Source: Microthyrium microscopicum
Taxonomy: Eukaryota
Assembly: GCA_010405405.1 (NCBI GenBank)
Contig: MU004246.1
Coordinates: 310,001 to 374,000 of the forward strand
DNA: 64,000 nucleotides
Direction of reading: 5' to 3'
Positions 23,755 to 35,300 of this stretch are shown here, one piece after another; the stretch's first letter is position 1; every line of letters begins with the position of its first letter. The translations under genes and the position numbers were made by a program. The notes under the pieces were generated by a model. It was not told the DNA's origin. It saw only the letters and a list, made by a program, of their open reading frames with translations, and searched no databases.

Positions 23755-26193
23755 CGCGTTCCTACCTGCTAAAACTACCACCTCAACGCGATATAATCAC
23801 GAATATAGTTTATGGGCTGAATTGATGGATTTGGTGTAAATCAAGGCTAGGTGAACAATGATCTGGAATGGCCCAAGCCACGATCTTGTATGAGCGACCT
23901 GGAGGTCAGCTGGCGGTTTATCTCTCGTTGATTTCTCGCGCACTAGCACAGACGCATCGCATTACTTGTATCTTCGCTTCATCCATGTATAATGAGGGAT
24001 GTAATCTCATAGACCGGAGTATTCTGTTGTCGATTCAATTTCTCGTTCACTTCTCAACGAACAACTTGGCTGATAAAGACCCGAACAATTGACCATATCC
24101 TTTTCCGTTCTAAATCTACGCTATGCTTTATGATGATTTCTCGATCATATTCCATAAAATGTGAGAGCTCAGAGTACATCTTTGAGCATCGCTGGGCTCA
24201 GTACATCTTTACAACCAATCACACCTCAGTTATGCGCTTCTATGCAGGTTGTCCTTTCCTACTAACTCCCAATAGAGGCACAGGTCAGATAAACACTGCT
24301 CGCAACCCCAAGTCTCCACTTCATTCCTATTACTGATACTAGACTTGCGGAGGCGTATTAAGACAAGTTCGGATTCCACCTGAGCAGGCGGAATGTTCTT
24401 TGCCTTATTGTGGCTAAGTCTGCTGTTTTCAGTATTTTAGATGCCGGTTGCGTAGGAGATATCATCATGCGTTCGATTTATGACTGCAACTACCTAAGAA
24501 AATTGTGCCTTCTAAGGCTGTTGGGGGTCGGGTCGGTGCTCAATATCAAAGACCTATCAAGATCTGATAACTTAATGACCTCGTGAGTCTAGAACTTAAG
24601 TGGGATGATTGGGAACCGAGCGTTCTATCGGGCGCAGAGCCTCATGATTCAGGGCTCACCATGGGCCCAGAGAGCCTCAATCTCCCACCAACATGGTCAG
24701 TATCCACTTCAGCCTGATCAATTCATGATCATCCTTGCCTGCACACCTTGCTGCGATGTTCCTTTTTCTTTCATCTTTAGTATTAGCTTGAAATATCAGG
24801 ATAGTACAAGCGACAGCAACTCAGTATCCGGTCGGGAATCGAGATCCCTGGGTTTTTCTCATGCACTTCGGTGACAAGCATCAGTCATGACAAGGCGAGC
24901 CTAAGGTGTGGTAGTAATAAAGAGCCGCATCAAAGCAAAGATATATAGCCATGGGCTTTCTCCGTCTCTTCGGTGATCCGCCTGCAACTTGCGATGACTG
25001 ATGGTGGTAGTATGGCTAAGCCGCTTGCTGTCTACAAACGAATCAAGTCTCATACCAGTGAGGTAAGTGCTGTCCCACAAATAATCGAAATCCCGCCAGC
25101 TTGGATATAGCACCGTCCAATCCCGCTGGAACTTTGTTTTGCAGACACTATGATTGGCCATATTCAACGTAATGTACGGTCAGTGTGGGAGTTTATCATC
25201 TTTCCGCCTCCCCTGCGAGGCTGCGACTACCGCAACCTTCAATACATTCTCGTGGCTCTTCGCCACGCTTACTTGCGACTCGACTATTTCTTCATCTCGT
25301 TACTGTTCTTACCCGCGCGGGATGAGCGAGGCACTGCCGAAAGACGCTGATTCCCAGATTCGACGCGACGATCAGCACACGAGAAACCCTTCCCCTGACT
25401 CAACCTTGTGCGTGTTCGGGCAAAATCTTCTTACCGGTCATATCTCAGTGACTTCGTTTGCAGCGCCGTGGTTGAACTGGCCAGATACACTTAGAACTGG
25501 CACCACTGGACCGCGCCAGATCTGGAGGTAAGTCCATACGATGTTTTCCACACCGGAGCCTCTCGCCTCAGATAACATAGCGGAGTCAGGCATAGTCAAA
25601 AATAAGCTAGCACTCTATGTCCTTACAACCTTAGCAGCTTCAGCCACCTCTGGCAACCCCCCCGACAGAGTTTCAAGTCTGAAAGCAGCGATCGTGATGG
25701 ACAAATTTTCACGCGACTGAACTCTATGCGCATCGCCCGCCTCCCTTCTCGCACTCCTTTCACCTCATACTCGCTCGATGTGCTGCCTTGGCGGTGCAGA
25801 TTGCTTACACTTCAAACTGTTACAGCCGAACTCGCAAACCTGAGAGTCTCACACAGAGGCCTGCCGTATCCTCACTTGTAGTATTGCCTATGCATCTTAT
25901 ACGGCAGTATTATGGAAGATTCTGGGCTGGAAGGCAGTTTCACGGCCTCATATCATGCGCTACGCCTCTAAGAGCCCCGATATCAGTCCAATAGAAGAAC
26001 GACGCGCTGACTATGAGTATTATATAAATGAAGGATTTATTGTTTCTCTCTCGACTGTCCTTTCTCCTTTCGAGCACTTCAAACTTCAGATCCAGCACAC
26101 AAATCTCCAGCAAACACAATGATTAACCTGTTCGTGTTCTTCCTATCATCCTCGACACATCGTTAGTTCCCGTACTGATCGAGTTCTCCCAGA

Positions 26194-26643
26194 ATGTCCT
26201 CTCAAACACTATCGACGATGATTTCGAGTAGGACTGTACGACTAGACGAAAGCAACGCAGACCTACCGTTAGAGACCATTCTATGTCACTTTTCTACAAT
26301 GAGACCATGTTTCTCTACGGTCGATTCTCTTCCTGCGCACCTCCCGTATACACCAGAGCTAGGCCTCAATCTGACAGGAACTACGCAATGTCCTACCACA
26401 GTCTGGACATGCTGCCGTTGCGGCAACCATAATGGCGTCGTTGCTCCTCAATGTCTAGAATGCCCTCATGAAAGGTGCACCGACTGCAAAACAGAAACAG
26501 TCAAGGATGTATGTGCAGGTCCTGCCTACGAGAGAATTGTACTAACTCGTCAACAGTGCTCTGATCAAGGCTGTCCCGACAGTACACAACTTGATATGAA
26601 TTCAGTGAGAATGATCGAGGCTGGAGAGTACGTGGGGAAGTGA
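26194..26643 (+). CDS. Small Cys-rich zinc-ribbon-like protein (array member 3)
   Basis: VWTCCRCGNHNGVVAPQCLECPHERCTDCKTETVKD, then an in-frame 48-nt intron 26509-26556 (GTATGT...ACTAAC...CAG) at the same position as in member 2. Confidence 0.78.
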   Translation: MSSQTLSTMISSRTVRLDESNADLPLETILCHFSTMRPCFSTVDSLPAHLPYTPELGLNLTGTTQCPTTVWTCCRCGNHNGVVAPQCLECPHERCTDCKTETVKDVCAGPAYERIVLTRQQCSDQGCPDSTQLDMNSVRMIEAGEYVGK

Positions 26644-27371
26644 CACGTAACGAGGGATGATCTGACCGGGTATTTAGCAAGCATAGGTAAGGCGTCTGGG
26701 ATATTTTCATAGATCAATCTTTATTTCGCTTATCGAAGCTATCGTATAACGATTCTAGTGCTTCACTGCCGTCCGATAGATGGTACTATAACACTAAAGC
26801 TTCAAGCTTGCTTTGCTTCAGCTCTGAACTCCCATACAGCCACATTCCATACATCTAAGATGTACTGATATACCTCCCATATCCTCGAGCATCCTCCTAC
26901 ATGAAGTACCTCTTATAGTATGGCTAAAGGAGTGACTTGTACGCAAAGAATATAAAACTCAAGCTTTTTGTGAATGTGTCATCTTTTGGCTCCATCCAAT
27001 GTCCACTACGATATATCTCTTTTAAATCAGCTGGTGAATTATTCGGCCTTCAAAAGCTATCTGCATATTTCTGCAAGAAAACAAATAGACGGTCTGGACC
27101 ACAGACGACAGAAAGAGCATCTGATATTTAGGAAATACGATGGCCAAGATTGGGCAGAAAGAGTGTTATGATTATAAGAGGCGACGGTCGCCATCATAGT
27201 CGCTAATGAGTATGATGTTTTTCTTCCGACTAAATAATGTTGACCATAATGATCTCAAAAACCAGTTTTTCCACGCCAGTGTGCTCTCACTCCCACTTCT
27301 TCGTCGTTCAAGCTGTGAATGTCCTGTTGAGAATACTCTCAGTTTTCTTCCAAACCCTGTGGCGCATCTTA

Positions 27372-28025
27372 TCATGTCCAGACCAGCTCTTTTTCTGTTG
27401 GCTCTCGGTGGATTCTGTGCACTGGACAGAATGCCTGATGCTCAACGAATGCCTTGGTAGCAGCTCGAAAGTCTTTTTTGTAGATGTAACGCTGCCACTC
27501 GCCAAAGATGAGACTGAAGACCAGGAAAATGGCGAAGATCAACCAGACTGGAACCCCATTGTTGACCATGATAGGGTTGGTTGTAAGTAGCGCGCTCAAT
27601 GCCAATAGCATCGGACCTAGTCGAACCGAAGGCAGCGGCTCCGTTGGGCACCATGAGACGCGATCGAGGAACACAGTTGTTTTGGCCCGATTTTGTTTGA
27701 GTATCAAGTAACGTCCGCCGAGAATTCCCGCGTAGGAGCTCCAATATCCTGACTGGAGGATGTGACTGCGGCATGGGTTGCTTCGGAAGTATGGGATGAA
27801 CATTGCGAGAAGTACGAGAATGCCGATGATGTAATATGGAAAGAGAGGCAGATAACCCTCGCTAGGGAATGTTCGGTCGTCTTCTAGAGTATGTCAGCCG
27901 ATAATGTATGAGGAGAAATTGTTTACATCACACGTACCAGAAGCATTTTCGGCATCAGACAGCTTCTCCAGATGACCCTTGGCATCGTGCTCGACGCACT
28001 TGGTGCTAGTTGCAAGTTTTGTCAT
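27372..28025 (-). CDS. Hypothetical multi-pass membrane protein (~200 aa)
   Basis: Exons 28025-27938 and 27883-27372 joined in frame by a GTACGT...GCTGAC...TAG intron. Hydrophobic segments YYIIGILVLLAMFIPY and VPVWLIFAIFLVFSLIF. Confidence 0.6.
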
Positions 28026-29510
28026 GGCTTGCTGGGTGTGAGTTCAACAATTGATGGATGTGTAGCCTTTTGAAAAGTTGATGACTGGTACAGAAATTAT
28101 TGACGTCTTGAGATTGAAAGTGTTTTGGGGAGGGGTCGATATCAAAAGTGGAAGGCACGACCCAGCAGGTTGTTTTGCTCTGCGCCACACTCAGGAGAGA
28201 CCACTTTCGGGCAACGAGGAGTGGCCCTCAAGAGCCTCTCTTTTTGGGGACCAGCCTTCATTATACCTGTCAGTGGATCAAAGAGCCGTTTTAATCACGA
28301 TATCAGGTGCTCAATGCCATTCAAGCTGGAGGTCGAGTCTTTGTGTCCACTGCAGCCTTATCAACCTTAGTACCCAAGGTTAGGCACACAATCCCAATCA
28401 AGTCCAATGCCCCCACCACCCTCCTGAGCATCGTATGCTCTTTGCCATATATTTAAAACACACGCAACGGGGAAATACCTCTATGGTGAACAGAGACTTC
28501 GATAACACACCACACTCGATGGCAGACTACCAGGTATCTATTCGCATCCGGACATTTTTTGCGTCTACTAGCAGGTGTCGGAATGCCTTAGCTGAAAGGC
28601 ATAAAAGTCTTAGTCTTTTATCACATGCGATTTGTATGGTACCCATTTATTAGCCGGAAGTTGAGGAGATAATTACCACTAGGGTACTCATGTTCTTATG
28701 GATTCATCGGGGCTCAGCCTGGTAAGCGAAGTGAGCAAGGATCCAACTTCAGTCCATCGGATTGTATGATACGCAGTAAATTCCTGGATGAAGAAGGCAT
28801 TTTCGGTAGGGAAGAGAAAAACAATCCAACTCTTGCTTCAGCTGCGGATTATTGTCGCTGACTTTGTAGCCTCAGAATTCAGGGAATTGCGGATTTCAAC
28901 TCTTTTAAATGACTAATACCACAGTGTAGTCACTGACCCTGTCCAGCAGCAATTCCTGGGGTTTCTACCAAAAAGTTAAACCAGCCTCATCTTCGGCGTA
29001 TTGAAAGTCCAAGTCGGTGGTAAAATATACCTACCCCTTACATTGCGGCTCTGCAGGATCTGTGAGTCAACACTACCTAAAAAGCTGAGGCTCTTCATGC
29101 CATTTGAGCCTCGCGCACACCTAATACAAATTGCCCCCCAAGCTCAGGAGGTTTCACGCAACATATGTCCGGAAGCATGGAAAATGTGGTTCTTCCGACC
29201 ATTTCGTACCAAGCTTGGGACTGGAACTGCATAGTGAGAATCGTGACCCTCTCACAGGAAAGCACTAAATGCGCCTCATGGAACCTTAATATGGTCTTAC
29301 CAATTATTTTATGATTTAAAGCAAATATGCCCAGGCTAAGTACAACTACACCCGCAAAACCGGATGATCCATAAATGGTGAAAATGGCACCAATATATGG
29401 GAAAAAAAGATAGATTCCCGCCAAACTCTTCCAATAACTCCTCAATCAATACTCGCTACATTATCTTGCCATGACCAATTCAGTATTTGCTTACCCTTGC
29501 CAGTGAGATA

Positions 29511-30075
29511 TTATCGTTTCGTGGTTGCCTTCGGTACCATCGGAGTATATGCCGGAGGAGGAGGTACGAGGGGGACTTCGTATGTCGGTGTATAAGGCGG
29601 AGCGGGCGCTGCGAAAGTAGGCCTAGGAAGTGAAAAGTTCGATCTAGCTGGTCCAGCTGCTCGCGATGATAGACCGGGTAGTTCGAAGGATCTGTCGTCG
29701 GTGCTGAGGTTGTTGCGGGCAGTGGGCCTTTTAGCCGCCTCGTCGATGGCGTGGAGTTTCTACCATTCATTAGCACATAATATATTAGACATGGATCGTG
29801 AAGCTTACCACAGAAGTATAGGGTATCGCAGCTAGCCAGACAATCGCCGTGGTAATTGGAAGGGCATACTTCAAAATCCACATCTCAACCTTTTCACCAG
29901 GCAGGTTTTTGTTGGCCTTCTGATTTGGATGAGCTGCTTTTAAGATGGCGAAGTAGAAGAGATAAAAGGTCCATACTGCGAGATGGACCATTATCAATGT
30001 CTTTATCGTGGCCTTGGAATAGATCTTTAGTACTTTCTTGGTTTTGAGCCACGTTTTATGGGTTGCATCGGCCAT
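29511..30075 (-). CDS. Hypothetical two-TM membrane protein with Pro-rich PPxY tail
   Basis: Exons 30075-29809 and 29759-29511 (GTAAGC...GCTAAT...TAG intron). Two TMs; C-terminus AAPAPPYTPTYEVPLVPPPPAYTPM. Confidence 0.7.
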
Positions 30076-30881
30076 GATATCGCGATAACTCTTTGGGAAA
30101 GAATAAACCGGAATTGCCGCTGAGTGAAGTCGTGATGGGGACGCTGCTGAGGAAAGAGTATAGAGAAAGGAATTGTGCACTGAAAGTGTTGAAGGCGTTC
30201 ATGGAGGTTTAGAAGTAATGATTCATGTTCGCACCATCACCTCAGTTGAGACATACCGCCAGTTCAAGGCTCCATAGAACCGCTGGATCTTTTTGTCCCA
30301 GTTTCCACGCCTGAAATCATTGTGCCGCTATTTGTGATTAACAGGGTCGCCGAACACCTGGGAGTAACGAGTCTAAAACCACCCGTCTCTCATCGTCTCC
30401 AGTTCCCCTGCGCCAATCTTCAATTCTACCCAACCTTCCAAAAGCTTGTTGCTATATTGCTTCAGCAGCTCCATCTCGACACGCGATATCGTCATCCATC
30501 ATACATGCTCGTTGTTCTTGTTCGCTACTAGTCTCTGGCTGTTTGCTCCTCTACTAGAAGGAAGACTCCCTAGCGCTTACCGGCTCATTGTCTTGCTGAA
30601 AGCAGCTATTTCTAGCGTTTGCTTCCTCGTCAACTTTCTGCGAGCAGTTGAGTCTTTCGTTACAACGTCGGATCATCTGGACCCTGCGAGTATTCTCATA
30701 CTGTTGAGCTTCGCAGTCTTCGGAATCAACTAGTCTGGAACGCCTGACGGTAAGTCTCTCCTATAAGCCTTCAACAACCTCGTCAGGAAATCCGAGATAA
30801 AACAATTAAAAGTCTCTTTCATTCTACGCACGATGGCCTTGATATACATACGAATATTATACTGATAAAGCCCAGGACAAA

Positions 30882-31337
30882 ATGCAACTCAAGGACACCA
30901 TGCCAGACAAGGAAAAGGCATCATTCACTGCCGAAAAATGGGCCCGTGGCAAATACAACTTCACAATCCCACAGATGTCCTATCTCTATCAAGAGTTCAC
31001 GAAAAAGGAGCGACGCTGGATTTGCGAACAATTCTTTGAGATGCACGGCAAATTCCACACTTCAATTCCACGGACCCGCAAAGAGCTCAAGCAACCCTTC
31101 AGCTGCGGGCCAGCTTGTATATGCAAGAGAGTACAACCTTCGGACCAGATATTTGCGTGGGAAGTGTACTCACTTACTGAGATAGTTCATTGCATTAGGG
31201 AAGCGGATAAGGTGCAGGAGCGCCAGTGGCAGTTTCTTTATGGAAATCATGCGACTAAGGATATGAAGAGCACGTTTCAAGAGTTCTGGATTCCGGATGT
31301 GGCACCCAGTTATCACGAGAGGTGGAAACCTGTCTGA
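30882..31337 (+). CDS. Hypothetical protein (151 aa)
   Basis: ATG in AAAATG context after a 5'UTR intron (30750-30875). Protein-like composition with an FSCGPACIC motif; no family recognised. Confidence 0.5.
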   Translation: MQLKDTMPDKEKASFTAEKWARGKYNFTIPQMSYLYQEFTKKERRWICEQFFEMHGKFHTSIPRTRKELKQPFSCGPACICKRVQPSDQIFAWEVYSLTEIVHCIREADKVQERQWQFLYGNHATKDMKSTFQEFWIPDVAPSYHERWKPV

Positions 31338-32317
31338 TGTGAGAAGCGTGCCTTTCCTTCGAGTTGTCGAGCGGTTCTTAATACTGCGTATAGTTATCGG
31401 GCCTGATGCCGAAAAATCTGGAGATTGGGTTTCTAAGCGGTTCTGAGAGTGATCTGGAGGTATCTACCTGATCCTCAGTTTAGAAAAGTCATTTCAACAT
31501 GAACTTTTAGCCATTATCAACGAAGTCACTGGGAGGGGATAAGTTCTGTTTTTCATGTTTTATCAATAAAGCTAGGTGTTGGGGAGAAATTATAGGACTC
31601 TACATGAGTTTGGGTAGAGGACTTCTCGATGTATTGAGGTCTGGTTTAGTTTTAGAAAAAATTTGAGATTTTGCTTTTCAAACTGGTTCTTCTGAGCCCA
31701 CAAAACTAAGAACCTTCACTTCTTTTCATTCAGATTGTATGACTACTTTCGTGCTTTCGTGATGCTGTATTCGTAAAACTTGTACCGGTAGGCGGCATCG
31801 TGAACATTTCTTGGCAAAAAGTTGGTGGTGAGTTGGAAACTAAGTTGTGATTGGCCGCATGGTCTAATGCCTGGCATCTAACTTCTTAAGGCCTAGCTCC
31901 AGACGGCACTTGCCGTTTCGCAGTCAAACAGAGCTGCTCCTTCTTCAAACTGTTACGCTTGATCGCGTTCCACTCACTTTCAGCCTTCTTACAGAACCTC
32001 AGCACCACCTCAAATCCATCTCACCCGCCAACTTCACAAGTCGCAACCATCCCATCTCCGGCTATCGCCTTCCTTCTCTCAATCACTACTCCATCGTCGC
32101 CTCTATACCATCATTCCGTCTCAATTTCTCACCTCTCCATCGCGCACTTTCGCTCCTGGCCCCGACACATCCAATAGCGACCTGGGCGGCCTCTTGAAAT
32201 TCTACCACTGTTGCTTTTGACTACAATTAGCCTTCACGGCCTCCGAACACACATATCTGATCTATTCTTGTCTCGCATCAAGTTTGAAGCATCAATTCAT
32301 GGTCTTCCTGGCCCACC

Positions 32318-35300
32318 ATGGCCTCTCCCGCTGAGGCTAACCTCGATGCCTATCTTAGTAGGCTCGACGATGAAAAGCTCGACCTCAAAACGAGAGGCAA
32401 TGTCGCAACCGAAATTCGCGACAACCTTGACGTCTGGTGCCAATCAGGCTCTCCACTCTACAGCGCATTCCTAGAGAAATCCATACCCGTCCTTCTCAAA
32501 ATCCTTGATAGCCCTCCTGTCTTCGATAGCACAAGCCCCGAGCAGCGATTACGAGCATGCGTCCTCGACATCCTTCATCGGCTCCCTGCCACTCCCGATC
32601 TTAACGAATCCATCACATTCAAGCTAGTTGACAAGCTCATGACACTGGTTCGGATAGAGAATGAAGATAATGATATATTGATTGTTAAGACACTGATGGA
32701 TCTCCTACGGCATGACTCAAAAGTGCTGAAGGAACGAGTGCAAGCTTTTTTGGACGTTATAGTAGAAATGTTTCAAATGATGAGCGGCACTGTAGAAGAG
32801 ACATTTGATGGTCCATCACAGCATCAGCCTGCTATATCTACGCCTGGAAATCAGTATGCTCAATCGCCGCGACCAAGTAGCCCTGTCTCGACAATGTCTA
32901 CTGAAATTGGCAATGAGCAACAACAATCTCGCCATCTCCTCAAGGGTATGCAATCTTTCAAAGTCGTCGCAGAGTGTCCCATAATAGTGATATCACTTGT
33001 TGGCCCATTGGATCGCGCAGTCACTCAGACATACGTTAAAAAGTTTGTTCCTCTGATGAAGGATTTGTTGATGCTACAAGCCAAACCTCAGGAACGAGCT
33101 CATGAAGAGGCCAAAGCTCGTGGGGACATTCACACCGGTGTCTGCAAAGATATCAAGAACAAGGCGGCCTTCGGTGATTTCATCTGGCTTCAGGTTAAGA
33201 CCATGAACTTTTTGGCATATCTACTTCGGGTTTATACGCAACAACTCCAAGATTTCTTGCCATCTCTGCCGGCCATTGTTGTTCGCCTACTTCGGGACAT
33301 TCCTCGCGAAAAGTCTGGCGCTAGAAAGGAGCTTTTCGTTGCTGTTCGACATATCATCAATTTCAACTTTCGGAAAATCTTTCTTCCCAAGCTGGACGAG
33401 TTGCTCGATGTTCGAACTCTCATCGGTGACGGCCTCACGGTATACGAGACTATGCGTCCCTTGGCCTATAGCATGCTTGCCGACCTTATACACCACCTTC
33501 GAGATAGTCTGAAGCCTGAGCAAATTCGTATGACCATTCAAGTCTACACGAAAAATCTCCACGATGACTTCCCTGGCACTAGCTTCCAGACCATGAGTGC
33601 AAAGTTGCTCATAAACATGGATGCTTGTATTGGAAAGATACAACCAAAAGAAGAGGCTCGACATTGCATTATTATGATTTTGAATGCGATTGCCGACAAG
33701 TTCGCTGCGATGAACTCGCAGTTCGAGAACGCTTCCAAAGTGTCAAAACAAACGCCAGTCCTTGGTCCTGGTGAAGTGATTAAGGAGACCTATATGGCCG
33801 AAAAGGATAGCCCTCCAGACTGGGATGAAGTTAGCATTTTCGCTGCCACTCCAATCAAGACGCAGAGCCCGCGCGAGAGAACGACAAATCCGGTCAATGA
33901 CAACAAGTTCTTGTTTAAAAACCTCATTGCTGGATTGAAGTCTCTGTTTGCACAGCTTCGAAACACCAATCCTGATCCTCTTCCAGATGCAGATCCTAGC
34001 ATTCTGCCCAAGAACTGGGACGACTGTGCGTTTGGTTTTAGTCCAGAGGAGGTCAATATCTTGACCAAGCTATTCCGCGAAGGAACTCAAGCTTTTCGTT
34101 ACTATACCGAGGGCGACTTACCGGACACTTCCAAGTTGACGACTGCTGAAATCCTCAGTGGCGGCCACAACCTCCCAGCTGGCTCTAAAGAGGAGAAAGA
34201 ATTGCTGGAGTCTTTTGCTACAGTCTTCCACCAGATTGATCCAGCCACCTTTCAAGAAATCTTTCAGTCGCAGATTGGTCATCTCTTTGATCTCTGCGTG
34301 ATTCATCCTTCTCTTCTTCATATTGCACAATTTCTGCTGGCGAGCGAGGCCACCAGCGCCAGCCTCTGCAGTATATTGTTTCAATTCCTAATGGAGCACT
34401 TTGAAGAAATTGGCAGCTCAAATGTAAAGAGAGCCTCAATCCTATTGAGATTGTTCAAATTGTCCAGCATGGCGGTCACACTATATTCCAGTCAAAATGA
34501 GCAGGTTATCCTACCGCACACTACCAAAATCATCACGCAATCCATTCAATTGTCAACGACGGCAGAAGAGCCCATAAACTACTTCCTCCTCCTTCGCTCT
34601 CTTTTCCGAAGCATTGGTGGGGGCAGATTTGAGCATCTGTATAAGGAGATCCTTCCCCTTCTTGAAATGGTGCTCGATACTCTCAATACGCTTCTTCATG
34701 CAGCACGCAAACCCTCAGATCGAGATTTGTTTGTGGAACTTATTCTCACAGTTCCAGCGCGACTAAGTCATTTATTGCCGTACTTGAGCTATCTTATGCG
34801 ACCTCTCATTGTTGCGCTTCGTAGTGGTTCCGAGCTTGTTGGTCAAGGGCTGAGAACGCTTGAGCTCTGCATCGATAACCTACAACAAGACTTTATTGAT
34901 CCATTGACGGCACCTTTCATAGAAGAATTGATGACTGCTCTTTGGGGTCATTTGAAGCCCGCTCCTTACCAACACTTCCACTCGCATACCGCTATGCGTA
35001 TTCTTGGGAAACTCGGAGGTAGAAATCGCAAGTTCTTGACTGGCATACACAATCTCGACTACAAGGCATATACTGATGATGATGCGAGTTACGACATTCG
35101 ACTTGTTGGAACCACTAAAGATCGCGCATTTCCCGCTGCTATTGGCGTTGATGCTGCCATTACCAAGCTCAAGGAGGTTCCTGGCAAGATCAAAGACTCG
35201 TCAAAAGCTGCTGCTATGAAGGCTTCCGATCCATTCCACAAACGCCAAGCTTTCAAGTTCATACAGTCGCAGACCAAGCTTTTCATTTCAATGGAGAACC

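Noticed and set aside
29095..29445. Hydrophobic minus-strand ORF downstream of the 30075 gene
   Set aside because: It starts at TTG and lies beyond that gene's stop codon, after a probable 3'UTR intron. No independent support.
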